DNA of 64,000 nt from Treponema sp. (GCA_031276965.1 JAISMC010000051.1:2427-66426); one strand, 5' to 3'; positions 36,673 to 48,586 are shown, counted from the stretch's first letter. Notes: generated by a model not told the origin, from the sequence alone. Numbers and translations are program-made.

Positions 36673-38034
36673 CTACATATTGCTGAAGATCTGGAAACCG
36701 GAATAGGCTTCCGACTTGTGTTCACTCAGGTCAAGGCCTATCATTTCTTCCTTAGGACTGACTCTGAGACCGGTAACCGCCTTGATGATAAAGAAAAGCA
36801 CCAGGCTGGTCAGGGCCGCCCAGGCGCCTACTGACACGACGCCGATAACCTGTTTGCCAAGCTGGGCAAAGCCGCCGCCGTGGAGCAGGCCCAAGACGCC
36901 TTCATCGGGGGCATTACCCCAGATGCCTACGGCAAGGGTTCCAAAGATGCCGCACACCATGTGTACCGAAGAAGCGCCTACGGGATCATCTATCTTGAGA
37001 ACCTTGTCGATAAACTCAACGGCGAGGACGACCAGTACGCCGGCGATAAGGCCGATGATGATGGAGGCCCCCGGGGAAACCACCGCGCAGGGAGCGGTGA
37101 TGCCCACAAGACCGGCCAGAAGGCCGTTGAGGGTCATGGACGCATCAGGCTTCTTGAACCAGATCCAGGAAAAAATCAAGGAACTTACCGCCCCGGCGGA
37201 AGCGGCCAGAGTTGTGGTTACGCAGACCCTGGCGATATTAAGACCGCTCCAGATTCCGCCGCCGCCGACCGTGGCGATGCCCGTTGAGGCGCCGTTAAAG
37301 CCGAACCAGCCGAAGAACAGGAGCAGGACGCCCAAGGCAGCGTAGGGAATATTGTGGCCCGGAAAGGCTTTGACCGAGACCTTTCCGTCCGCCCCCTTGA
37401 CATACTTTCCCAGACGGGGGCCAAGTACCGCCGCGCCCATCAGAGCCGCCCAGCCGCCCACAGAGTGGACCACGGTGGAACCGGCAAAATCGTGGAACCC
37501 CAGTTTGGCGAGCCAGCCGCCGCCCCAGACCCAGTGGCCCGAAATGGGGTAAATAAAGGCCGAAATAAAGCAGGTGTAGATCAGATAGGACTTGAACTGA
37601 GTCCGTTCCGCCATGGCGCCCGAAACAATGGTTGCCGCGGTGGCGGCAAAGACTACCTGGAAAAACCAGCTTTTGTAAAAGTTCCCGCTCTCCATGTCAA
37701 GGGCCATGGGGCTGTTAAAGAACTGATCCGTTCCGATAAGACCGCCAAGCGCATCCTTGCCGTACATAAAACCCCAGCCTATGGCCCAGTACACAATGGC
37801 GCCGAAGCAGAAGTCCATCACGTTTTTCATAGTGATGTTGGTGGCATTTTTCGCGCGGGTTAAACCGGTCTCGACCAGCGCAAAGCCTGCCTGCATAATG
37901 AAGACCAGTATAGCCCCGATAAAGAGCCAAACCACATCCAACGAAAATCCCAGGGCTTCAATACTTTCCTGCGCAAAAAGGGAAACTCCCATGCACAGAA
38001 GCAGTATCGCCAAAACAACGAGTCTTTTTCGCAC
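36673..38034 (-). CDS. amtB: ammonium transporter
   Basis: 453-aa polytopic protein with AGFALVETG and DFAGSTVVH signatures. GTG start preceded by AGGAGG. Confidence 0.9.
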   Translation of the reverse strand: MRKRLVVLAILLLCMGVSLFAQESIEALGFSLDVVWLFIGAILVFIMQAGFALVETGLTRAKNATNITMKNVMDFCFGAIVYWAIGWGFMYGKDALGGLIGTDQFFNSPMALDMESGNFYKSWFFQVVFAATAATIVSGAMAERTQFKSYLIYTCFISAFIYPISGHWVWGGGWLAKLGFHDFAGSTVVHSVGGWAALMGAAVLGPRLGKYVKGADGKVSVKAFPGHNIPYAALGVLLLFFGWFGFNGASTGIATVGGGGIWSGLNIARVCVTTTLAASAGAVSSLIFSWIWFKKPDASMTLNGLLAGLVGITAPCAVVSPGASIIIGLIAGVLVVLAVEFIDKVLKIDDPVGASSVHMVCGIFGTLAVGIWGNAPDEGVLGLLHGGGFAQLGKQVIGVVSVGAWAALTSLVLFFIIKAVTGLRVSPKEEMIGLDLSEHKSEAYSGFQIFSNM

Positions 38035-38070
38035 CTTTCTGTCCTCCTAATAAGTTGCTTCACTACATAT

Positions 38071-38086
38071 AGCAAATAATGTGCCA
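38071..38086 (-). promoter_or_regulatory. sigma-54 (-24/-12) promoter of amtB-glnB
   Basis: The minus strand reads TGGCACATTATTTGCT, a perfect match to TGGCAC-N5-TTGCW. It lies about 37 nt upstream of the GTG start. Confidence 0.8.
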
Positions 38087-38396
38087 AGTCCCGTATTTCA
38101 GAATGATTATAATGATGAGAGCTTGAAAACAAACGGATTGTGAAGGAAGAAGAGAAAGATGAAAACAGCAAATGCCGGAAACAGGGGCCTTTTACCCTGT
38201 TTTGCTTTACAGGCGGGTACATACCCTGCCCCTCAAGGTGTTTGGATCCGGCGCAGCTTTGTTTATTTGTGGTGTGGACCTGCATAAAATCCATACCTTA
38301 CAAAACGACGATACCCCGCCTTTTAGAACAGGGAGAGTCATTTTTCTTTTCTCTCTATTTTCGCCGGCAAATTTCTAACGAAAATGTATGAATGGA

Positions 38397-38417
38397 AATA
38401 TAATCCTACATTTTTGT
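38397..38417. promoter_or_regulatory. 21-nt conserved box (candidate enhancer/UAS), amtB-distal copy overlapping the activator stop codon
   Basis: The reverse complement ACAAAAATGTAGGATTATATT matches 33130-33150 at 20/21 positions. It is embedded in the imperfect palindrome ATGTATGAAT-N8-ATTCCTACAT. Confidence 0.5.
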
Positions 38418-40052
38418 TGTTCTATAGAAGCGCCAATTAATACCGTAATGATGGACCCGGAGTCCCATCTGTCTTTCGGTAATCGCCAGCTGGCGGGCGG
38501 CGGCGGCCATATTGCCGTCGTTTATCTTGAGGGCCTCCACAATCAGCTCTTTCTCCAGCCGGGAAAGGGCCGCCTCCAGGGTGGTGGTGGGCTCCGTATT
38601 GGTAGAAACCGCCGATTGAAGGCTGGGAGGAAGATTATAAGAGTGGATCACCATATCCTGAGAGAGAATCACCGCCCGCTCAATACAGTTTTCCAGCTCC
38701 CGGACATTGCCGGGCCAGGAATAACTGGTCAAAAGATCAATCGCCGGGGTAGAGATCCGTTTGATCAGCTTACCGTTTTTCTCGGCATATTTTTCCGTAA
38801 AGTAATCCACCAGGAGGACTATATCGCTCTTTCGTTCCCGCAGGGGGGGGATATGCAGGGGAAACACGTTAAGCCGGTAGTAGAGATCTTCCCTGAAGCG
38901 TCCCGTCTTGACCTCCTCTTCCAGATTCCGGTTGGTGGCGGTGATAAGTCTGACATCAACCTTAATAGTGGAGGTTCCCCCGACCCGTTCCAGTTCCCGC
39001 TCCTGGAGTACCCGCAGAAGCTTTACCTGAATTTGAGGGGAAAGTTCCCCGATTTCATCCAGAAAGAGGGTTCCCTTATGGGCCATCTCGAAACGGCCCT
39101 TTCGCTGGCTTACTGCTCCGGTAAAGGCTCCCTTTTCATGCCCGAAAAGCTCGCTTTCGATGATCGATTCCGGCAGGGCGGCGCAGTTTACCTTTACCAG
39201 TACTGCGCCGGATCGCCGGGAGAGGCGGTACAGTTCCGCCGCCACCAGCTCTTTGCCGGTCCCGCTTTCCCCGGTGATAAGCACCGTGGCGTCACTGGGC
39301 GCCACTTGGGAGAGCATCTCGTAAACCCCACGCATGGCGTTGCTGGTGCCTATTATTCCGCTGCCGGATACGATCCTTCCCCCCTGGCTGGGACCGGAAC
39401 GGCTGTTCCTGCGCTCATCCCCGCTCAGATTCTCGGTCCGGCGAAACCGGAACTGCTCTTCCATGATCCGTTCCCGCAGCTTGGCGGAATCGGCAATTAT
39501 GGAGGAGACCTTCTCTAAAAGGCTTCGATCCAGAACCATCTGAAGTTCCGGGTCCGGACTCAGGATACGGCGTTCCGCGCTAAGGGTACCGATCACGCTG
39601 CCTGCGGAACGGATGGGGACGCAGTAATAGGTCAGTCCCGCCATATCGTCTTCGGTACGCCCCTTGGCCCGGTTAAGAAAATGGGCGTTTCTGGAGAGAT
39701 CCGGCACAGTTATGGCTATTCCCGACTCAAAAACCCGGCCCACAAGGCCCTCTCCAAGACGGTAGATGCCCCGTCCCTTTTCTTCCGGGGAGAGACCGTA
39801 GGCTTCTTCAATTTTGAGGAGCCCCGTCGCCCGATCCAGCAGGGTCACCATACCCCAGGTCAAGCCCGCCCGTACCTCAAGAAGGCTCAACACCGGCCCC
39901 AGGGCAGTACGCAGTTCCACGTGCTTGTCCAGGGTCCTGGCAATATCGAAGAGCAGTTCCAGCTCTGCCCGCTCCGCCGCAGCGGTACCGGTAATGTTTT
40001 CGGAAACCATAAAGGGATAATAATACATTTTTGTAGGAAATGCCAAGCCCAA
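38406..40052 (-). CDS. sigma-54-dependent transcriptional activator, GAF-AAA+-HTH (NifA-like architecture); start uncertain
   Basis: N-terminal GAF-like region, GESGTGKE Walker [14 protein letters not shown] (GAFTGA loop) and a C-terminal Fis-type HTH. The track start is TTG. ATGs at 40028 and 40010 are alternatives. Confidence 0.9.
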   Translation of the reverse strand: MGLAFPTKMYYYPFMVSENITGTAAAERAELELLFDIARTLDKHVELRTALGPVLSLLEVRAGLTWGMVTLLDRATGLLKIEEAYGLSPEEKGRGIYRLGEGLVGRVFESGIAITVPDLSRNAHFLNRAKGRTEDDMAGLTYYCVPIRSAGSVIGTLSAERRILSPDPELQMVLDRSLLEKVSSIIADSAKLRERIMEEQFRFRRTENLSGDERRNSRSGPSQGGRIVSGSGIIGTSNAMRGVYEMLSQVAPSDATVLITGESGTGKELVAAELYRLSRRSGAVLVKVNCAALPESIIESELFGHEKGAFTGAVSQRKGRFEMAHKGTLFLDEIGELSPQIQVKLLRVLQERELERVGGTSTIKVDVRLITATNRNLEEEVKTGRFREDLYYRLNVFPLHIPPLRERKSDIVLLVDYFTEKYAEKNGKLIKRISTPAIDLLTSYSWPGNVRELENCIERAVILSQDMVIHSYNLPPSLQSAVSTNTEPTTTLEAALSRLEKELIVEALKINDGNMAAAARQLAITERQMGLRVHHYGINWRFYRTTKM

Positions 40053-40114
40053 GTCAAAAAATTTTGAAAGCCCGGTCCAGGTTTTCTCCCGTAGGAAAAT
40101 GAATAATTATGTGG

Positions 40115-40137
40115 AAAAACCAACAGGGTTTTGGAAC
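40115..40137. repeat. palindromic box family 2, copy R5
   Basis: AAAAACCAACAGGGTTTTGGAAC matches the R1 core CAAAACCAACCGGGTTTTGGAAT at 20/23 positions. Confidence 0.55.
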
Positions 40138-40387
40138 TGGCTCATGTGAGGCTGTTTGAAACAAGCGATACTAGCTCACCCGGATAGAGCAATGCCTTCT
40201 AAGCAGATGCCGGATTGTCCCGGACCGGCAGGGCCTTTCGCGCTAATTGTATATGGGATAACGAATTAGGGAGGTAGATTAAAAGGGCAACCCACTGTCA
40301 AAACGTCCGTCGTGCATAAATCGTGTAAGAATTTACAGGAGGATGGCAGCCAAAGTTTTGTTAGCAAGCCTTTTTCCCGCCGCCGGT

Positions 40388-43090
40388 TCATCCGGCGGGG
40401 AGAAATTGCCGCAGTTTCGATACCAGTTCTCCGGTGTCCAGCGGCTTCCCCACGTGGTCGTTCATACCCGCCTCCAGGCATTTTTCTATATCTTCGCGGA
40501 ATACGTTGGCCGTCATGGCGACTATGGGTATGCGTTTCGCCAGGGGATGATCAACGGTCCGTATGCGCCGGGTCGCCTCGTAGCCGTCCATTTCGGGCAT
40601 CTGAACGTCCATGAAGATCATGTCGTAGCCGCCGGGATCGGCGCGGAACATGTTAAGCGCCTCAAGGCCGTTCTCGGCGCTGCTGATGATAAGCCCGTAG
40701 GGCTCAAGCAGGGCAAGCACTATCTCCCGGTTTATTTCCACATCCTCGGCCAGCAGTATCCGGCGTCCCGCAAAGGCGCCGGTTTCTTCGGGGCCGGGCT
40801 GCGATTCTTTGGCCGGGATGACGCCCGCCTCCCCCAGACATTCATTGATGATATCGGCGATGGCGGAGGGAAACAGAGGCTTCGGCAAAAACTTGTCCAC
40901 CCCCGCATCCTTCGCCGTCTTTTCTATGGCCGTCCATTCAAAGGCGGATATCATGATAACCACCGATTTATTTTTATCCCCCCGTTTGATATACCGGGTA
41001 AGTTCCATGCCGTCCATGCCGGGCATTTTCCAGTCTACAAAATAAATGTCATAGCCGTTGTTCCGGCTTATCATGCCGGCGGCTTCCTCGCCGCTTGAGG
41101 CGGTGTCGCAGTTTAAGCCGATCCGCTGGGCGATGTCCTTAAAATAGGACCGCGTCTCGGCTTCGTCGTCAACCGCCAGGACCCGCACATTGGTCCAGTT
41201 GATGTTGGGGGAAAGGAGGCTTTCCGCCGCTCCCCCCGCCCGTTTTGCCCGTACGGTAAAGGCAAAGGTGGAGCCTTTGCCGGGTTCCGAATGTACCGAT
41301 ATGCTGCCGCCCATCATATCAACGATTCGTTTGGAAATGGCAAGGCCGAGCCCGGTGCCGCCGAATTTACGGGATATCCCCGAATCGGCCTGTTCAAAGG
41401 ATTGAAAAAGCCGTTCCTGCTGCTCCCGTTCAATGCCAATCCCGGTATCGGTAACGCTGATTTCGATGGTGCAGAGCTGATCCTTTTCATCGATAAATTT
41501 CGTATCCAGGCGTATGGAACCATGCTCCGGGGTAAACTTGACCGCATTGGAAAGCAGGTTCGTAATCACCTGGGCAAGCCGCTGATCATCTCCGGAAAGA
41601 ACGGGGGGGATATTTTTATCGATATGGACGGTAAATTTTTGCTGTTTTTCATCGACCCTGAAATTGATGACGTTTGTTACCTTCCGGAGCATTTTCTCAA
41701 AATTGAAATCGGCGACGGAAAGTACAAACTTGTTGGCCTCTATTTTGGACATATCCAAAATATCGTTAATGACCCCCAAAAGGTGGGTGGAGGCGTCCTC
41801 GATTTTTTTGAGGCAGTAATCTTTCCGCTCAATGCCGGCGGCGGTTTTTCCGATAGAGGTCATGCCGATGATGGCGTTCATGGGGGTGCGCATTTCGTGG
41901 CTCATGTTCGCCAAAAAATCGCTTTTGGCCTTGGCGCCGGAAAGGGCCCGTTCCCGGGCCTGGACCAGGTTTTGCGTCATCTCATTCCGCATCAGGGCGT
42001 TGGCAATCAGCAGCGCCCCGGACCGGAGGATGCTCTCTTCCCCCGGCGCAAAATCCCGTTCCCGGTGGCAGTCATCAAAACTCACAAAGCCCCAAAAAAC
42101 ATTCTGCATAAACACGGGGATTACCAGGATGGATTTTATCCCGTAGGGGGCAAGGCGCTTCCGGGTTCCTTCCGGCATGTTCCGTATTATGCCGCCGATA
42201 CTTTCCCCCTTTGACAGCGTTTTCTCCCAATCGGGAAGGCTGTCCCGGTAGCTGAACTGCCGCATCCCCGGCGCCGTTTCCCGGTAGGCCCCTTCTATCC
42301 ATTCGCAGATTTCGCCGTAGAAAAGGACCCCCTGCTCCACGCTGTTTTTCCATATCTGCACCCGGTCCACGTCAACGCAGCGGGCCATCATTTCCATGCC
42401 CCTTTGAAGGGAGTTCTTAAAACGGCTTTCGTCCGGAGTCAGGAGAATCACCGCCGCTTCGTTGACCACATGGAGCAGCCTGTCCTGGTCCAGAATTTCC
42501 CTGCCCGCATTGTCGGCCTTTTCTTTTTCATTCAGGTAGATACGGTTTTGAAAGATGATAACAAAACCTATAAAGAAGCCGGAAACCAGCAGGGACTGGA
42601 TATTGTCCAGATATTGATCGATTCCCGTCAGGGGAATGACCAGGCTGGGAAAACGGAAGCCGATATAGTAACAGACGATCACCCAGACAATATGGGTGGT
42701 CAGAAAGACAACGCGGCTTTTGCCCCTGAGCAGAAAGAAGATGATGACTATGCTTAATACAAAATAGGCCGCCATGCCGCTGGCAACGCCGCCCAGGGAA
42801 AAAAGGGCCAGGGGCAGAAAAATATCGCAGAAGGCCGCCAGAAAAATCCAAAGGCCGATACCGTACAGCTTAAAACGGTTGCAAAAAAACAGCAGCGCCA
42901 CCACCGAAAAGGTGATGCTCAGCATGACGGCAATCAAAAGCAGGTTGGATCGCATGACAAGCCGGGTTATCGTGGCCGCCAGCGCAGCCACGATGCCCAC
43001 GGAACATATCATGTTCAGCATTTTCGCATCCAGTGAAAGATGTTCGGAAAAAATATAGCGCCCAATCAGGGATTTCAGCCTGTTCATCAC
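40388..43090 (-). CDS. hybrid sensor histidine kinase/response regulator (multi-TM, GAF-like, HisKA-HATPase, two receiver domains)
   Basis: H-box SHEMRTPMNAI, HATPase G-boxes (DTGIGI, GGTGLGL) and two REC domains (VLAVDDE...DWKMPGMDG; ILLAEDV...DVQMPEMDG). Confidence 0.9.
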   Translation of the reverse strand: MMNRLKSLIGRYIFSEHLSLDAKMLNMICSVGIVAALAATITRLVMRSNLLLIAVMLSITFSVVALLFFCNRFKLYGIGLWIFLAAFCDIFLPLALFSLGGVASGMAAYFVLSIVIIFFLLRGKSRVVFLTTHIVWVIVCYYIGFRFPSLVIPLTGIDQYLDNIQSLLVSGFFIGFVIIFQNRIYLNEKEKADNAGREILDQDRLLHVVNEAAVILLTPDESRFKNSLQRGMEMMARCVDVDRVQIWKNSVEQGVLFYGEICEWIEGAYRETAPGMRQFSYRDSLPDWEKTLSKGESIGGIIRNMPEGTRKRLAPYGIKSILVIPVFMQNVFWGFVSFDDCHRERDFAPGEESILRSGALLIANALMRNEMTQNLVQARERALSGAKAKSDFLANMSHEMRTPMNAIIGMTSIGKTAAGIERKDYCLKKIEDASTHLLGVINDILDMSKIEANKFVLSVADFNFEKMLRKVTNVINFRVDEKQQKFTVHIDKNIPPVLSGDDQRLAQVITNLLSNAVKFTPEHGSIRLDTKFIDEKDQLCTIEISVTDTGIGIEREQQERLFQSFEQADSGISRKFGGTGLGLAISKRIVDMMGGSISVHSEPGKGSTFAFTVRAKRAGGAAESLLSPNINWTNVRVLAVDDEAETRSYFKDIAQRIGLNCDTASSGEEAAGMISRNNGYDIYFVDWKMPGMDGMELTRYIKRGDKNKSVVIMISAFEWTAIEKTAKDAGVDKFLPKPLFPSAIADIINECLGEAGVIPAKESQPGPEETGAFAGRRILLAEDVEINREIVLALLEPYGLIISSAENGLEALNMFRADPGGYDMIFMDVQMPEMDGYEATRRIRTVDHPLAKRIPIVAMTANVFREDIEKCLEAGMNDHVGKPLDTGELVSKLRQFLPAG

Positions 43091-43210
43091 TTCCCCTTTT
43101 CTTTAACTGCTGTCCGCAAAGACGGTTTCTCCCAAGGTGGAGTATAAGTTAGCATAAAGAACGCTATTTTTCAACGGAAGCTGTTTGGAAACTGCGGTTT
43201 CCGAACAACG

Positions 43211-43618
43211 CTATTTAAGGCCGTAAACTTTCATCCGGCATTCCGCCCGCTTTAAGGTAGCTTTGGCGTTTTCGGTCTCAAATTTGAACATCGCCGTCCG
43301 CAGAATTTCTTCGGCCTTTTGCTTGGCCGCCAGGGCCCGTTCATAATCGATCTCCTGGGGCCATTCGGCGGCATCCGCCATCAGTACGGTTCTATGGCTT
43401 GTTACTTCCAGAATACCTTCGGTGGTAAAGGCTGAACGCCAGAGGCCGCCCTTTTCCCGGATCTTCAATACGCCGGTAACCGCCGGGGCGGTAAAAAAGG
43501 AATGGCCCGCATATACCCCAATCTCGCCGTCCGTCAGGGTGATGACGACGGCCTCCACGGAACCGGAATAAAAAAGCCGGTAGGGGGTATGGATCTCGAA
43601 GGGAAACACTTTTGCCAT
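43211..43618 (-). CDS. atpC: F0F1 ATP synthase subunit epsilon
   Basis: 135 aa, last gene of the atp operon, with epsilon-type N-terminal beta-sandwich and C-terminal helices. Confidence 0.85.
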   Translation of the reverse strand: MAKVFPFEIHTPYRLFYSGSVEAVVITLTDGEIGVYAGHSFFTAPAVTGVLKIREKGGLWRSAFTTEGILEVTSHRTVLMADAAEWPQEIDYERALAAKQKAEEILRTAMFKFETENAKATLKRAECRMKVYGLK

Positions 43619-43619
43619 T

Positions 43620-45041
<1,422 letters not shown>

Positions 45042-45938
45042 TCATTCGCTTAACGCCGCCGAGCCAGAAACGATCTCCGACACTTCCTGGGTGATCCCCG
45101 CCTGCCGGGCCCGGTTATAGTTGATCTGCAGAAGCGCCAGCATATCCTCGGCGCTCTTGGACGCTTCGTCCATGGCGGTCATCCGGGCGCTCTGCTCACT
45201 GGCATAGGACTCAACCAGGGAGCCGTAGATGATACCCTTAACATAGAGGGGGACCAGCGCGTTAAAAACTTCCGCCGCCGAGGGAAGGTATTCAAATTTG
45301 AGGGGCACCCGCTGCCTGCTGTCAATCCGGGTCAGTTCTTTCCGCAGAATTTCCACTCTGAGGGGCAGGATCTGCCGTTCCAGGGGGAGCAGTTTAACCG
45401 CGCTGTACATGTGGGTATAAACGATATGTACCGCATCAAACATCCCCCACAAATACTGGGAGATGATATAATCCGCAATTTCCTTGGCATCCTCCATTTC
45501 GGGCAGCCGGGACTTAAACGAAAAATTCTCCAAAATTAAAAAAGACGAATGGATAAAATACCGGTAACCCACGGAACCGATAAGAATCAGTATGGGATTG
45601 TTTGTCCGGGAACAAAGCCCCGTAACATAACGGCAGATATTAGCGTTATAACCCCCGGCCAGACCCTTGTCGCTGGTAACCACCACCACGGCGGTACGGC
45701 TTGCATTTCCTCCGGTACCGGCAGCTTTACCGAAAAAATCGCTCTGCACATTGCCGCCGGCTCCGGCAAAAATATCGTACATGGATTTCTGAATCCGGGT
45801 GAAAAAAGGCTCCGTATCCTCCAGCACCCGCCGGCCCTTACGGAGTTTTGCGGTGGAGATAAGATTCATGGCCTTGGTAACCTGGAGGGTCTGCCTGATG
45901 GCCCGCATCCTAAGGCGGACATCCCGTAAATTTGCCAT
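45042..45938 (-). CDS. atpG: F0F1 ATP synthase subunit gamma
   Basis: Start set at the canonical gamma N-terminus MANLRDVRLRMRAIRQT. The track ORF extends 9 codons upstream. Confidence 0.9.
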   Translation of the reverse strand: MANLRDVRLRMRAIRQTLQVTKAMNLISTAKLRKGRRVLEDTEPFFTRIQKSMYDIFAGAGGNVQSDFFGKAAGTGGNASRTAVVVVTSDKGLAGGYNANICRYVTGLCSRTNNPILILIGSVGYRYFIHSSFLILENFSFKSRLPEMEDAKEIADYIISQYLWGMFDAVHIVYTHMYSAVKLLPLERQILPLRVEILRKELTRIDSRQRVPLKFEYLPSAAEVFNALVPLYVKGIIYGSLVESYASEQSARMTAMDEASKSAEDMLALLQINYNRARQAGITQEVSEIVSGSAALSE

Positions 45939-45970
45939 TCCCGATTCGTCCTTTCCGGTCTTCACCGGAA

Positions 45971-47485
45971 TTAGGGACGGTTCTCCTTTATCTGTTTAAA
46001 ATCTTCCACCGCCTTGGCAAGTTCCGCCTCCAGATCCGCCGAAAGGGCGCCGGTTTTTGCGATATTTTCCAGAAGGCTTCCATAATGGCTTTTAAGGTAC
46101 TCAAGAAAATCCCTGATGAACCGGGAAACCTTGGATACCTCCACATCCATGAGGCCGCCGCTGACCGAAACAAAGAGAATGGCGACCTGTTCCTCCAGGC
46201 GATAAGGAGCGTACTGGGGCTGTTTCAGCACCTCCATGAGCCGCTCTCCCTGGGCCAGCTTGTCCTGGGTGGCCTTATCCAAATCGCTGCCAAACTGGGC
46301 AAAGGCCGCCATTTCCCGGTACTGGGCCAGATCCAGCCGGAGCCGCCCGGAAACTTTGCGGATCGCCTTGGACTGGGCGGAACCCCCGACCCGGCTTACC
46401 GAAAGGCCCACATCCACTGCGGGGCGGAACCCGGAATTAAAAAGTTCCGAATCAAGGAAGATCTGCCCGTCGGTGATGGAGATCACATTGGTGGGGATAT
46501 AGGATGAAATGTCCCCCGCCTGGGTTTCCACGATGGGAAGGGCCGTGATGGAACCCCCGCCCCGTTCCGCCGAAAGTTTGGCGGAACGTTCCAAAAGCCG
46601 GGAGTGGAGGTAAAACACATCCCCCGGAAAGGCTTCCCGGCCCGGCGGCCTCCGGAGGAGGAGGCTGATGGTTCTGTAGGCGACGGCGTGTTTGGAAAGA
46701 TCGTCATATACGATGAGGACATCCTTTCCCTTGAGCATGAAGTGTTCCGCCATGGCCACCGCCGAATAGGGGGCCAGATACTGGAGGGCCGCCGAATCCG
46801 AGGCGGAGGCCAGCACCACAAAGGTATAATCCATGGCCCCGAATTTGTCCAGGTTTTTGATGATCGCCGCCACGGAGGAGGACTTCTGCCCTATGGCGCA
46901 GTATACGCAGTACACGTCCTTGCCCTTCTGGTTGATGATGGCGTCAATGGCAATGGCAGTTTTGCCGGTCTGCCGGTCGCCGATGATTAATTCCCGCTGA
47001 CCCCTGCCTATGGGGATCATCGCGTCTACCGAAAGGGCGCCGGTTTGCAGGGGGGTGTCCACTGTACCCCGGTCTATGACCGGCACCGCCGGGGACTCCA
47101 CGGGCAGGTACGCTTCCGCAGTTACAGGACCCTTGCCGTCCACCGGTTCCCCCAGGGGATTCACCACCCGGCCCAACATTCCCTGCCCCGAAGGCACGGA
47201 GACCACTTTTCCGGTACCCCGGACTTCCTCGCCGTCCTTTACCAAATTTTCCCCGGAGAAGAGCACGCACCCAACCCGGTCTTCCTCCAGGTTGAGGACT
47301 ATGCCCTCCGCTCCGGACGAAAATTCCACCAGTTCCCCGTATATGGCCCTGTCCAGGCCGTATACAGAGGCCACTGAATCTCCCACCTGGACAACGGAAC
47401 CTATAGAATCCGAGGAGGGCGGTTTCCCTTCCCAGCCTTCAATTTGTTTTTCCAGAACCTTGGTAAGATCTCCGAATTCTACCAT
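45971..47485 (-). CDS. atpA: F0F1 ATP synthase subunit alpha
   Basis: GDRQTGKT P-loop; 504 aa. Confidence 0.95.
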   Translation of the reverse strand: MVEFGDLTKVLEKQIEGWEGKPPSSDSIGSVVQVGDSVASVYGLDRAIYGELVEFSSGAEGIVLNLEEDRVGCVLFSGENLVKDGEEVRGTGKVVSVPSGQGMLGRVVNPLGEPVDGKGPVTAEAYLPVESPAVPVIDRGTVDTPLQTGALSVDAMIPIGRGQRELIIGDRQTGKTAIAIDAIINQKGKDVYCVYCAIGQKSSSVAAIIKNLDKFGAMDYTFVVLASASDSAALQYLAPYSAVAMAEHFMLKGKDVLIVYDDLSKHAVAYRTISLLLRRPPGREAFPGDVFYLHSRLLERSAKLSAERGGGSITALPIVETQAGDISSYIPTNVISITDGQIFLDSELFNSGFRPAVDVGLSVSRVGGSAQSKAIRKVSGRLRLDLAQYREMAAFAQFGSDLDKATQDKLAQGERLMEVLKQPQYAPYRLEEQVAILFVSVSGGLMDVEVSKVSRFIRDFLEYLKSHYGSLLENIAKTGALSADLEAELAKAVEDFKQIKENRP

Positions 47486-48081
47486 GCAATGCCTCCGGGA
47501 ACAGGACCGCCTGCGGGGGAAAACCCGGCGGAACCGGGTCCTGTCCTCAGCTCCGACTCCATCTGATGCAGTTGACGGCGCAGGCTGCCATCGATGAGGA
47601 TGCTGTGGATACGCAGCCGGTATCCCCCCAAAAGAGCTGGGTTTATCCGGGCTTCCAGCCTGATTTCCCGGGCCCCGGTCTTTCGCTGCAGTAATAGTTT
47701 AAGGGCATCCTGAAAATCCTGCTCCGGCGGAACGGCGCTTTCCAGAACCACCGGGAGCGTTCCCTTTAACCGGTCCCCCTGATCCTCAAGGGCCCGGATA
47801 ATCTCTTCTGACCGGTGGAAACAATTTTTCCGCGCCAAAAGCCCCAGGAGCCGCCGGGCGTACTCCGCCCCCCGGCTCTTGATGCCGGTCTGTTCCATGG
47901 CCAAACGCAGGCTCTTCTCAAGCCGGGCCGCAAAGACACTGTCCGCCCGCTTTGGGACCAGGGGCTTAACCAGGGGAACCAGAACCCGCAGCAAAGAGAG
48001 GCCCTCCTCAACCTGTTCCCAGCCCGGTGCGCCTCCCAGGGCCCCGGAAAAGGCCAAGGCCCAGCGTTCGGCGGAAAACAT
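47479..48081 (-). CDS. atpH: F0F1 ATP synthase subunit delta
   Basis: Position between the b and alpha genes. 200-aa OSCP-like C-terminus ([20 protein letters not shown]). Confidence 0.8.
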   Translation of the reverse strand: MFSAERWALAFSGALGGAPGWEQVEEGLSLLRVLVPLVKPLVPKRADSVFAARLEKSLRLAMEQTGIKSRGAEYARRLLGLLARKNCFHRSEEIIRALEDQGDRLKGTLPVVLESAVPPEQDFQDALKLLLQRKTGAREIRLEARINPALLGGYRLRIHSILIDGSLRRQLHQMESELRTGPGSAGFSPAGGPVPGGIAW

Positions 48082-48576
48082 CTACCGCTTCCCCGCCCGG
48101 GCAAGATCCCGCAGGAAGATCTCCGCCTGGCGGCGGCTGTCCTCTCCGTCTATTTCCCGGCCCAGAAGCCGGCCTGCAGCCCCTGTTACCAGGGCGGCGG
48201 CTTCGGCTCTAAAAAGGGCCATGGCCGCCTTCCGTTCCGCCTCCAGCTGCTTCCGGGCGGCGGAGGTCATGGCCTCCGCCGCGGCTCTGGCTTCGGCGGC
48301 GATCCGGTCCGCCTCCTGCCGGGCGGTTTCCCGGGCGGCCTTGATAATGGCCTCCCCTTCGGCCTCGGCGCCCTTCAATTGACGCTCATACTGCTCAAAC
48401 AGCTGCCTGGCCTGATGCTTATCCTTTTCCCCCTGGGCAATACTGTCCTCGATTCGTTTTGTCCGGTCCGCCATAAATTGGGTTACCGGCTTAAAGAGCA
48501 CCGCCCGCAGAACAAAAAAGAGGATTCCGATGTTGACAAGGGTAATCAGAAAAGTCGTAATAGAGGGGACGAGCAT
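48082..48576 (-). CDS. atpF: F0F1 ATP synthase subunit b
   Basis: Single N-terminal TM helix followed by a long charged Ala-rich helix. The start is set at ATG 48576 to avoid a 35-nt overlap with atpE. Confidence 0.8.
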   Translation of the reverse strand: MLVPSITTFLITLVNIGILFFVLRAVLFKPVTQFMADRTKRIEDSIAQGEKDKHQARQLFEQYERQLKGAEAEGEAIIKAARETARQEADRIAAEARAAAEAMTSAARKQLEAERKAAMALFRAEAAALVTGAAGRLLGREIDGEDSRRQAEIFLRDLARAGKR

Positions 48577-48586
48577 ACCCGGCCTA

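Noticed and set aside
38140-38391. 83-aa and 68-aa plus-strand ORFs (38140..38391, 38172..38378) and the 144-aa minus-strand ORF 37860..38294, in and around the amtB upstream region
   Set aside because: They overlap one another in what is most simply the sigma-54 promoter/enhancer region (37860..38294 also overlaps the amtB 5' end), and they lack RBSs and motifs.
38388-39518. 376-aa plus-strand ORF opposite the sigma-54 activator. The same class includes 41291..42214, 43734..45053, 53479..54336, 59208..60098, 31768..32631, 25051..25857, 5569..6333 and 50544..51293.
   Set aside because: All are antisense to genes with strong signatures (AAA+, HisKA, ATP synthase beta, LivG, PfkB, GSIII, permease, PGI, TcdA). 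This is a GC-driven absence of stop codons.
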